Shown here piece by piece: positions 1-8,017 of a stretch of 64,000 nucleotides of DNA; the first letter of the stretch is position 1, and each line of letters starts with the position of its first letter. Below the pieces are notes generated by a model. That model did not search any database. It was not told the DNA's origin and saw only the letters and a list, made by a program, of their open reading frames with translations. Made by a program: the position numbers and the translations under genes. Origin of the DNA: Candidatus Zixiibacteriota bacterium (lineage in GTDB: Bacteria; RBG-13-66-14; B26-G2; WVWN01); assembly GCA_050117845.1 (NCBI GenBank), contig JASFLY010000001.1:64001-128000 (forward strand). The letters are read 5' to 3'.

Positions 1-1
1 G

Positions 2-139
2 ATCGTCGGTTACGCGCGTACGGTATCCCGGCCTTTCGACTCGATGTTCGTCGACATCGAAGTAGCGGCCGCGGAGGATATGACGGCGCTCGACAACCTC
101 TTCGTCCTCGATTGGAGGCCGCCGGAAGAGGCCAAATAG
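2..139 (+). CDS. mreC: C-terminal end of rod shape-determining protein MreC (partial, runs off window start)
   Basis: Frame 2 translates as IVGYARTVSRPFDSMFVDIEVAAAEDMTALDNLFVLDWRPPEEAK*, matching the MreC C-terminal pattern (VG.V..V.....lF..I.V.Pa.d...L..v.V). Confidence 0.6.
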   Translation: MVGYARTVSRPFDSMFVDIEVAAAEDMTALDNLFVLDWRPPEEAK

Positions 140-205
140 AAAATAGTAAAATAAAGCGGGGTCCTGGTCGGGCCCCGGCGTTCGAACGCGCGAATAGTGA
201 CCCGG

Positions 206-234
206 TTGATTTAACCGGGCCGTTTTCGTATAAT
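206..234 (+). promoter_or_regulatory. sigma70-type promoter for the radical SAM gene
   Basis: TTGATT-17 nt-TATAAT, 40 nt upstream of ATG 275. Confidence 0.7.
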
Positions 235-274
235 AGCCCGGTTCTTTAACTGCTCTTAAGAAGGAACGGTTATT

Positions 275-1300
275 ATGAGAAGAACTCCGTTAGTCGAATC
301 CTGTTTAGTCATCGGCCAATGCGCCGTCAATTGGTTCGCTCGGCGACCTCTCGTCGTTTCGTTCGAGGTAACCAATTCCTGCACGTGTTATTGCCGTCAT
401 TGCGACCACGGCGGGCCGGTGGACGAGCCGAACCGCATAAGCCCCGCCGATATCCGGCGCTGGATGAAGGTCCTACACCCCGGCGCCATTCAAATATCGG
501 GCGGCGAACCGCTGTTGCGCGACGACATCGTCGAGTGTGTGCGAGCGACGCAGAAGTACGGCGGCCTGCCCTATACCGTTTTCGTGTCCAACTTCTCGCT
601 CATGACTGAGGAGAAGTACCTGGCCCTCCGGGACGCCGGCGTGGACCAGTTTTCGGTCTCGCTCGATTTCCCGGACGAACGGCACGACGGCTTCCGCGGC
701 TACAAAGGCCTATTCGACCACATGGACGACCTCTTGCCCCGCCTCGCCGCGCACGGCTTCGACGACGTCGTCCTCAATACCGCGATAACGCGGGAGAATT
801 TCCGCGAGGTTAACGATATAGTCGAACTCGCCCGGGCTTGGGGTGTAAACATCTCGTTCAGCGCCTATTCCCCCCGGCGGACCGGCGACGCCTCCCTAAT
901 GCTCTCGGATCCAGCCGAACTCGCCGAACTCCGGGAGCAATTCGACCGGATAATCGCGCGCAAGCAGGCGGACCCCTCCGGTCATATCGTCAACTCCTGT
1001 ACCACCCTCGAGGGGACATATCGGTATTTCGAAAACGGTGGGACGCCCGGCTGTACTGCGGGCCTTCGCTTTCTAGTAGTGACCGCGGACGGATTCCTCC
1101 AACCCTGTTCCATGCATTTCTGCAAGCGCGGCAACCAGGCCGAACTCGTCCGCGACTTCACCGAGAGCAACGAGTGCGACGAGTGCTACGTCGCCATCCG
1201 TTCCTACCTCGACAAGGGCTTCTGGCAGCTACTCAAGGAGAACGTCGGCGACCACTTCTCGTTCCGCTTCAAAAGAGACCCTCAAACGGCTGCCGGATAA
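275..1300 (+). CDS. Radical SAM protein with C-terminal Cys-rich (SPASM/Twitch-like) extension
   Basis: CxxxCxxC (CTCYCRHC), SGGEPLLR, SVSLD and HDGFRG motifs; C-terminal CTAG...PC...CDEC. Confidence 0.85.
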   Translation: MRRTPLVESCLVIGQCAVNWFARRPLVVSFEVTNSCTCYCRHCDHGGPVDEPNRISPADIRRWMKVLHPGAIQISGGEPLLRDDIVECVRATQKYGGLPYTVFVSNFSLMTEEKYLALRDAGVDQFSVSLDFPDERHDGFRGYKGLFDHMDDLLPRLAAHGFDDVVLNTAITRENFREVNDIVELARAWGVNISFSAYSPRRTGDASLMLSDPAELAELREQFDRIIARKQADPSGHIVNSCTTLEGTYRYFENGGTPGCTAGLRFLVVTADGFLQPCSMHFCKRGNQAELVRDFTESNECDECYVAIRSYLDKGFWQLLKENVGDHFSFRFKRDPQTAAG

Positions 1301-1320
1301 ACAAACCCTCGCAAAAAAAC

Positions 1321-1349
1321 AAGCGGCTCCTTCGGGAGCCGCTTTTTTT
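1321..1349 (+). terminator. Rho-independent terminator, probably bidirectional
   Basis: AAGCGGCTCC-TTCG-GGAGCCGCTT followed by a T-run, A-run upstream; lies between convergent genes. Confidence 0.9.
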
Positions 1350-1378
1350 GAGCTAGTTGCGATGGGGGATAAAAGTTA

Positions 1379-2323
1379 TTACTGGTAATAATGCATCATC
1401 GCGCCGTCGGGCCCGACGGCCCAACCTTCGGTTGTGGATACCATGTGTATCGCGTTTAGTTGCCACTGGCCGCTGGGCATATACGGCTGGACCGTCCACT
1501 CGTCATCCTCGTACCGGCCTACGTGCAACTCGTTCCCGCCGGCCCAACCCAAGGACGACCCGGCGAACCCGCAGGATAAATAAGTGATACTGGAGAAGGG
1601 GCTATCGTATTTCTGAAAAGCCGTTCCGTTCCAATGGTAGATAGCCGCCAAATCCCCGACCACCCAACCGTCGTCGTCGGAGAAGAACTTGAGGTCGTAC
1701 AAGTCCATAGTCGGCGCGAAACCCGCTTCGTTCCAATCCGAGCCGTCGTAGTGGAGAACCGTACCATCGTCTCCCACGGCCCACGCCGAAGTCGCAGAAA
1801 GGACCCTCACGCGGCGAAGGGTTGCCGCCGTCGGAGACGCGACAGCGTTCCAATCCAATCCGTCGAACTGGAAAATTAAACCCCTTTCACCCACCGCCCA
1901 GCCCGACATCTCGTCCACCATCGCCAGGCCGTATATATCGTCGCCCGGGGACGGGTGCGGCCAGGTGCGCCATTGCGTGCCGTCCCAGCGGAGGAAGTAG
2001 TCCCCGCCGCCAGCGGCCCACACGTCCCCGGATGGCTCCGCCGAAACAGCGTAGAGGGGGCCGAGGTCGACCTCGGGTAAAGTCGCGACTTCCCACCTAA
2101 AGGCCGTGAAGTGCATCACTTCCGGTCCGCCCGAGATGTTCTCGCCCACCGTCCATACGTCACTGCGCGCGGTCGACGATACATCGTACAGGTCCGCCAC
2201 CGTAGGGCCGTTATGCCAGTACCACCGCGGCGATGCCTCCTCCGGTGGGTCCGGCTCGTAACAGGCCGTCAAAAGGAGCGCGGCCCCGGCTAATGCGAAC
2301 GCTAAATACCTCTTCATCGTCAT
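1379..2323 (-). CDS. Lipoprotein with Ycf48/WD40-YVTN-like beta-propeller repeats
   Basis: Lipobox LLTAC; repeated L..v.......WAVG..G..l.yDG..W units. Confidence 0.75.
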   Translation of the reverse strand: MTMKRYLAFALAGAALLLTACYEPDPPEEASPRWYWHNGPTVADLYDVSSTARSDVWTVGENISGGPEVMHFTAFRWEVATLPEVDLGPLYAVSAEPSGDVWAAGGGDYFLRWDGTQWRTWPHPSPGDDIYGLAMVDEMSGWAVGERGLIFQFDGLDWNAVASPTAATLRRVRVLSATSAWAVGDDGTVLHYDGSDWNEAGFAPTMDLYDLKFFSDDDGWVVGDLAAIYHWNGTAFQKYDSPFSSITYLSCGFAGSSLGWAGGNELHVGRYEDDEWTVQPYMPSGQWQLNAIHMVSTTEGWAVGPDGAMMHYYQ

Positions 2324-2340
2324 CCCCCGTTAAGTCGCCG

Positions 2341-2991
2341 TTAGTTTTCGTCCAGGCATAAGCGGCTCGTCGTTTTGAAATGCATTTTTACGAAATCGGG
2401 CAGAACGGTCCGCCCTTTCGTGCGCGCCAGCTTCCGTGCTGCCTCCTCGACCGAGGCCGACGCGCCTTTGGGCAACGGGAACCCGGCCTTTTCCGACAAG
2501 CGCGCCAAACGCGCCAAGAACTCCGCCCGCGCGACGACAGACGCCGCAGCCACCGCGATGTCCGTTTCCGCCCGGACCTTCTGGACCAGTTCTATTTCCC
2601 GGCCCCGCTTCATAAGCGCCCGCTCGACGTACGCGTCGTCGCCGAATTTGTCTGTCACGGCCGAGGTCACCGACGGAAACTCTTCGAGCAGGTTTTCGAT
2701 GGCGCGCGCGTGGGCCCACGCCAGAATCCGGTTCAGGTTGTCCAGCTTCGCGTATAGCTCGTTGTAACGGGCGGGCCCTATGGGTACGCGGGCGTACGGC
2801 AGTCGCTTCGTTATCTCGGCCGAGAGCGCTTCCACTCGCCGGTCCGATATCTTCTTCGAGTCGCGGACGTTCAGGTCTTTTAAAAACGCCTCGTCGCCGG
2901 CGTCGCGGACGTACACGCCAGCCACCACCAGCGGCCCGAAGTAATCCCCCTTCCCCGATTCGTCCGTCCCGATGCGGCCGACGTCCGACAC
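2341..2991 (-). CDS. rnhC: Ribonuclease HIII (catalytic domain only)
   Basis: IGTDESGKGDYFGPLVVAGV, DSKK, AVAAASVVAR, LPKGAS and KMHFKT motifs. GTG start at 2991 chosen because the longer ORF overlaps the upstream gene. Confidence 0.85.
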   Translation of the reverse strand: MSDVGRIGTDESGKGDYFGPLVVAGVYVRDAGDEAFLKDLNVRDSKKISDRRVEALSAEITKRLPYARVPIGPARYNELYAKLDNLNRILAWAHARAIENLLEEFPSVTSAVTDKFGDDAYVERALMKRGREIELVQKVRAETDIAVAAASVVARAEFLARLARLSEKAGFPLPKGASASVEEAARKLARTKGRTVLPDFVKMHFKTTSRLCLDEN

Positions 2992-2996
2992 GACGC

Positions 2997-5012
2997 TTAG
3001 AACAGCGGGCTGACGGGCATGTCGGCAGGGGCCTCGCCCCCGGCCGGCTCCGGAGCCTCTGCGCCGAGGTAAGCGCTCAGGTTGTTCTTGATGTGAGCCC
3101 TGGCCACGAGGTCGCGATACCACTCCGAAATCACTTTGTCCCGGCGTTCCGAGAGCAGGCGCGCCCGGTACTCCTCGCCCCGCGTCGCGTATAGCGTCGG
3201 GTCCGCCGGTTTCTTCTCGAGTACCTTAATTATGAAGTATCCGGAGGGTGTCCGCAACGGTCCGACCACGTCGCCGGCCTCGGCCCCAAAGGCCGCGGCC
3301 ACGACGCCGTAGTCTCCCCCCAGTGCCGGCGCCGGCCGGCTGCGGGTGAACTCCAGCGTTTCGGCGTACGGCACGTCGGCCGCCTTGGCCGCCTTCTCCA
3401 GGTCCCCGGCCTCGGCGGCCCGGGCGTACAACTCCGAGGCCGCCCCCGCCACCGCTTCGAGCGCCCGGTCGCGGCGCCAATCGCGGGCGACTTTCTCCTT
3501 GGCCTCGTCGAACGGTTTGGCCCCCGGCTCGAGTTGGGCCTTGACCTGATACACGATATAACCCTGGAAGTCGTATCCGGCCCGGGGGTCGAAATTGCCC
3601 GCCGGCAGAGCCGAACCGACGTCACCCACGCCCAGCGTGAATGCCTCCTCGGAGACGCGCTTCTGCCATCCCAATTCGCCGATGCCGCCGTCGGCCTCGA
3701 ACGGCGGAGGCGTTTCGACCTTCAACCCCAACGTACTCGCTTCCATCGCGAGGTCGCCGCCGTCGGTCAGTCGGCCGGAGAGGTCCATCGCCGTAGACAT
3801 CGCGAGGTCCTCGGCCGCCGCGCTCTCAAGCGTTTCCCGTATTTCGTCCTTCTGTTCCTCGTAGGGTTGAACGTCGGCCTCGCGCTTGATGACGTGATAG
3901 CCGTATATAGTCTTAACCGGCCCGCTCATCTCGCCCTCGTCCAGGCCGAACGCGGCCGCCTCGAACTCCGGGTCCATCTGTTTGCGGCCGAAGTACCCCA
4001 GGTCTCCGCCTTTCTCGGCCGAGCCCGGGTCTTCGCTGAGTTCCTTCGCGACCACGGCGAAATCCTCGCCCCCGCGGATGCGGGCGGCCGCCGCGGCCGC
4101 TTTCTTCTCGGCCTCGCCCCACGCCGACTCCGGCGAACCGGGCGGGACCTGGAACAGGATGTGGCGGCAACGGATTTCCCCGGCGTCGAAGTGGATATTC
4201 TTGTGGCGGTCGTAGTAGGCGCGGACGTCCTCGTCGCTAATTTTTAACTTCTCGCGTTGCTTTTCGATGTCGAAAAGGACGTACGAAATGGCGATCCGCC
4301 GGCCCGCGTGGTACTGGTCGGGGTGGCTCGAGTAATAGGACTTGAGCGTTTCCTCGTCCGCCTCGGCCTTGGGGTCGACCTCGGCGGGGACGAAGGCGTA
4401 CGCCACTCGAGTAGACTCGGCCTCGCGGTCGAAGAGCGCCCGCGCTTCCGCGTCGGACACCCGAGCGGTGTCGCCCACCATGGCGAATACGCGCTCCATC
4501 AGTATCCAGTCGCGGAGCTGGCTCTCGAACTCGCCGGGCGTCACGCCCGCCTGCTCCAGGAGGAAACGTTCGTAAACGCCGGCGTCGAATTTGCCGTTTA
4601 TCTGGAAGTTAGGGTTCGACTCGATGAAGACGCGCACGTCGTCGTCCGTGACGCGAAGGCCCATCCGCCCCGCTTCGGCCATAATGAGTTCGCGCTGGAC
4701 GATCTGGTTGTATGCAGCTCCCACGGCCATGATGCGCATTTCGCGCTCGACCTGCTCGGTGAACGGCTGGTTCGACTCGCGTTGATAGCGCTGGTAGCGC
4801 ATCCGCATTTCCCGGCCGAAGACCTGCTCGAACTCGGCCTGGCCTATCTTGCGGCCGTTAATGTCGATTATGACCGGCCCGGAAGATTCGCCGCGGATTA
4901 TCTTGCGGAGCGTCGTCGCGCCCACGAAGAAGAGCGAGGCGACAAAGGCCACCGCCACCGCCCACATGACGGGCCTCATGCCCTCGCGCATACCTCTGAT
5001 TGACGTTACCAA
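2997..5012 (-). CDS. PpiD-like periplasmic chaperone (SurA N-terminal domain plus parvulin PPIase)
   Basis: N-terminal TM helix; RHILF...FAVVAKELSEDPGSAEKGGDLGYF...GPVKTIYGYHVIK rotamase motif; GGAGGT RBS before TTG start. Confidence 0.85.
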   Translation of the reverse strand: MVTSIRGMREGMRPVMWAVAVAFVASLFFVGATTLRKIIRGESSGPVIIDINGRKIGQAEFEQVFGREMRMRYQRYQRESNQPFTEQVEREMRIMAVGAAYNQIVQRELIMAEAGRMGLRVTDDDVRVFIESNPNFQINGKFDAGVYERFLLEQAGVTPGEFESQLRDWILMERVFAMVGDTARVSDAEARALFDREAESTRVAYAFVPAEVDPKAEADEETLKSYYSSHPDQYHAGRRIAISYVLFDIEKQREKLKISDEDVRAYYDRHKNIHFDAGEIRCRHILFQVPPGSPESAWGEAEKKAAAAAARIRGGEDFAVVAKELSEDPGSAEKGGDLGYFGRKQMDPEFEAAAFGLDEGEMSGPVKTIYGYHVIKREADVQPYEEQKDEIRETLESAAAEDLAMSTAMDLSGRLTDGGDLAMEASTLGLKVETPPPFEADGGIGELGWQKRVSEEAFTLGVGDVGSALPAGNFDPRAGYDFQGYIVYQVKAQLEPGAKPFDEAKEKVARDWRRDRALEAVAGAASELYARAAEAGDLEKAAKAADVPYAETLEFTRSRPAPALGGDYGVVAAAFGAEAGDVVGPLRTPSGYFIIKVLEKKPADPTLYATRGEEYRARLLSERRDKVISEWYRDLVARAHIKNNLSAYLGAEAPEPAGGEAPADMPVSPLF

Positions 5013-5163
5013 AACCTTACCTCCAAACGGCCGGGCGAGCCGACCTTGACACCGCTAATCGGACTTAAGACGCACCTTAGAGTGTTTGAAGTTTCGCCGG
5101 TATCCTTGCCTGGAATCAAAGGCGCGCCGGGAGGCGCGCCCTCGACGTTCACATATTAAATTA

Positions 5164-7881
5164 CTAAACGGCGCCGTCGCGAATCGCGGCCTGCGCCGCC
5201 GCCAACCGCGCCACAGGCACGCGATAGGGCGAACAGGATACGTAGTTCAGGCCGATGCGATGGCAGAACGCTATGGTCGCCGGGTCGCCGCCGTGCTCGC
5301 CGCATATGCCGAGCTCGATTTGCGGGTTGGCCCCGCGGCCCTTCTCGACCGCTATCTCCATCAAAAGGCCCACGCCGTTTACGTCCACCGTCTCGAACGG
5401 GTTCTCCTTGAGGATCATGTTATTTACGTAATGGCTCAAGAATACGCCGGCGTCGTCGCGGGAGAAGCCGAACGTCGTCTGCGTCAGGTCGTTGGTACCG
5501 AAGGAGAAGAAGTCGGCCACCAACGCGATCTCGTCCGCCGTAAGAGCGGCCCGCGGCACCTCTATCATCGTACCGATTTTATAGGGCACCGTTACGCCCT
5601 CGGCGTCCATGATGGCCTCGGCCGCCGCCCGCACTACCAGTATTTGATTGTACAACTCGTTGACGTGGCTCACGAGCGGGATCATTATTTCCGGCTTGAC
5701 GTCGACGCCCTCCCGGGAAACCTCGACCGCGGCGCCGATGATGGCCCGCGCCTGCATCTCCGTTATCTCCGGGTAAACGATGCCGAGGCGACACCCGCGA
5801 TGGCCGAGCATCGGGTTCTGTTCCCGCAGCGATTCCACCTTGTCGGTCAACTCCGCCGCCGAAACGCCTATCTCCCCGGCCAGCTGTTCAATCTGCGCGG
5901 GGTCGTGCGGCAGGAACTCGTGGAGGGGCGGGTCCAGCGTGCGGACGACGACGGGCCGGCCTTCCATGGCCCGGAAGATGCCGGCGAAGTCCTGCCTTTG
6001 CATGGGCAGGAGTTCCTCGAGCGCGGCCCGGCGGCCCGCTTCGTCGCGGGCCACTATCATCTTGCGCACGGACTTGATGCGGTCGCCACCGAAGAACATG
6101 TGTTCGGTGCGGCAGAGGCCGATGCCCTGCGCGCCGAACTTGACGGCCGTCGTCGCTTGGTCGGGCTGGTCGGCGTTGGTCCAAACCTGAAGCCGCCGTG
6201 CGTCGTCGGCCCAGGACATGAACTCGACGAACTTCTGATAGAGCGGCGACTCGTCGGGACTCAACGTCCCGTCCAGCATGACGCGCGTTATCTCGGAAGG
6301 CTGGGTATCGATGGCGCCCAGGATGACCTCGCCGGTCGTCCCGTCTATCGAGACCTCGTCGCCTTCATTTACGACAACGTCGCCGGGCGCCGCGAACTGG
6401 CGCTTCTTATAGTCGATGCGGATTTCGCTGCAACCCACGACGCAGACCTTGCCCATCTGCCGGCCGACCAGGGCCGCGTGGGAGGTCATACCGCCGCGTT
6501 CGGTCAGGATGCCCTCGGCGGCCGACATGCCCTTGATGTCCTCGGGCGACGTTTCGGCCCGTACCAGGATGACCCGTTCGCCGCGCCCCGCCCACTCGAT
6601 GGCGTCGGCGGCGTTGAAGACGACCTTTCCGGCCGCCGCCCCCGGCCCCGCGTTGAGGCCTTTGGCGATGACCCGGCCGCCCTTAACCGCGGCCTCTTTC
6701 TGTTCCCGATTGAAGACGGGCCGCAGGAATTGATTGAGTTGTTCCGGCTCCATGGAAAGGAGGGCGCCGTTCCGGTCCATCAGGCCCTCGCTCTCCATAT
6801 CGATGGCGATAGTGAGCGCGGCGTGCGCGGTCCGCTTCCCGGCCCGCGTCTGCAGGAGCCACAGGCGGCCCCGTTCGAACGTGAACTCCAGGTCCTGGAG
6901 ATCGCGGAAGTGGTTCTCCAGCTTGGCCGCGGCCTCGTCGAGCTCGCGGTATACGTCCGGCATTTCCTCGGCCAACTTCGCGACGTCCTTCGGCGTCCGC
7001 GTCCCGGCGACGACGTCCTCGCCCTGGGCGTTCAACAGATATTCGCCGTAAAGGCCCTTCTCGCCGGTGGCGGGGTTGCGGGTGAACGCGACGCCCGAAC
7101 CCGAATCGTCGCCGAGGTTCCCGAAGACCATGGACTGCACGTTAACGCCGGTGCCCCACTCGTCGGGGATGTTGTTCAACTGGCGATACGCCACCGCCCG
7201 CGGGTTATTCCACGAAGCGAAAACGGAGCGGATGGCGCCCCATAATTGTTCCCTGGGGTCGTCCGGGAAATCGACGCCGAGGCGCTCTTTAACGGCGGCC
7301 TTGAAGAGCTTCACGAGTTCCTTCAAATCGTCGGCGCCCAGCTCCACGTCGAGTTTGACGCCCCGCTCGTCCTTGACCCGGTCGATTATTTCCTCGAAGG
7401 GATCGACGTCGTCGTCGCTTTCGGGCTTGAGGCCCAGGACGACATCACCGTACATCTGGACGAAGCGTCGGTACGAATCGTACGCGGGCCGCGGGTCGCC
7501 CATCTGGCGTGCCAGGCCGGCCACGGTTTTGTCATTCAGGCCGATATTGAGAACCGTGTCCATCATGCCGGGCATCGAAACGCGCGCGCCCGACCGCACG
7601 GATAAAAGCAAAGGATTGTCGACGTCGCCGAAGCGGCGGTCCAACGATTGTTCTACCCGGCCGAGTTGCAGTTCGGCCTCTTCTTCCAGCCCCGGAGGGA
7701 AGTCGCCGTGCTGGTAATAATATACGCACGCCTCGGTGGTGATGGTGAAACCGGGGGGAACCGGTATCCCGATGTTGGTCATTTCAGCCAGGCCTGCGCC
7801 TTTACCGCCTAACAAGTCCTTCTTCTTGGCGGTCCCCTCCGCAGCACCGTCGCCAAAGAAATAAACGTACTTCGCATCCAT
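5164..7881 (-). CDS. ppdK: Pyruvate, phosphate dikinase
   Basis: LLGGKGAGLAEM, SVRSGARVSMPGMMDT, GGMTSHAA phospho-His, GLCRTEHMFF, FSFGTNDLTQ, GICGEHGG; ATG 7881 with GGAGG RBS. Confidence 0.97.
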   Translation of the reverse strand: MDAKYVYFFGDGAAEGTAKKKDLLGGKGAGLAEMTNIGIPVPPGFTITTEACVYYYQHGDFPPGLEEEAELQLGRVEQSLDRRFGDVDNPLLLSVRSGARVSMPGMMDTVLNIGLNDKTVAGLARQMGDPRPAYDSYRRFVQMYGDVVLGLKPESDDDVDPFEEIIDRVKDERGVKLDVELGADDLKELVKLFKAAVKERLGVDFPDDPREQLWGAIRSVFASWNNPRAVAYRQLNNIPDEWGTGVNVQSMVFGNLGDDSGSGVAFTRNPATGEKGLYGEYLLNAQGEDVVAGTRTPKDVAKLAEEMPDVYRELDEAAAKLENHFRDLQDLEFTFERGRLWLLQTRAGKRTAHAALTIAIDMESEGLMDRNGALLSMEPEQLNQFLRPVFNREQKEAAVKGGRVIAKGLNAGPGAAAGKVVFNAADAIEWAGRGERVILVRAETSPEDIKGMSAAEGILTERGGMTSHAALVGRQMGKVCVVGCSEIRIDYKKRQFAAPGDVVVNEGDEVSIDGTTGEVILGAIDTQPSEITRVMLDGTLSPDESPLYQKFVEFMSWADDARRLQVWTNADQPDQATTAVKFGAQGIGLCRTEHMFFGGDRIKSVRKMIVARDEAGRRAALEELLPMQRQDFAGIFRAMEGRPVVVRTLDPPLHEFLPHDPAQIEQLAGEIGVSAAELTDKVESLREQNPMLGHRGCRLGIVYPEITEMQARAIIGAAVEVSREGVDVKPEIMIPLVSHVNELYNQILVVRAAAEAIMDAEGVTVPYKIGTMIEVPRAALTADEIALVADFFSFGTNDLTQTTFGFSRDDAGVFLSHYVNNMILKENPFETVDVNGVGLLMEIAVEKGRGANPQIELGICGEHGGDPATIAFCHRIGLNYVSCSPYRVPVARLAAAQAAIRDGAV

Positions 7882-8017
7882 GTGATCCTCCAGGGCGCGC
7901 AATGGCGCGCCCGACCTGCTCAGGTTACAAATTTTACTATATTATATTAAATCCCGTTAAATTTCAACTGCCTTGCGCCGTCCGATGTTATAATGCCCTT
8001 TATTTTTAAGGTGATAT

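Noticed and set aside
2992..3123. N-terminal extension of the rnhC ORF
   Set aside because: Overlaps the chaperone gene's 3' end and is low-complexity Arg/Gly; not a TBP-like domain
5086..7605. 719-aa and 119-aa plus-strand ORFs
   Set aside because: Exact antisense shadows of ppdK, expected from GC-rich codon usage; no recognisable motifs
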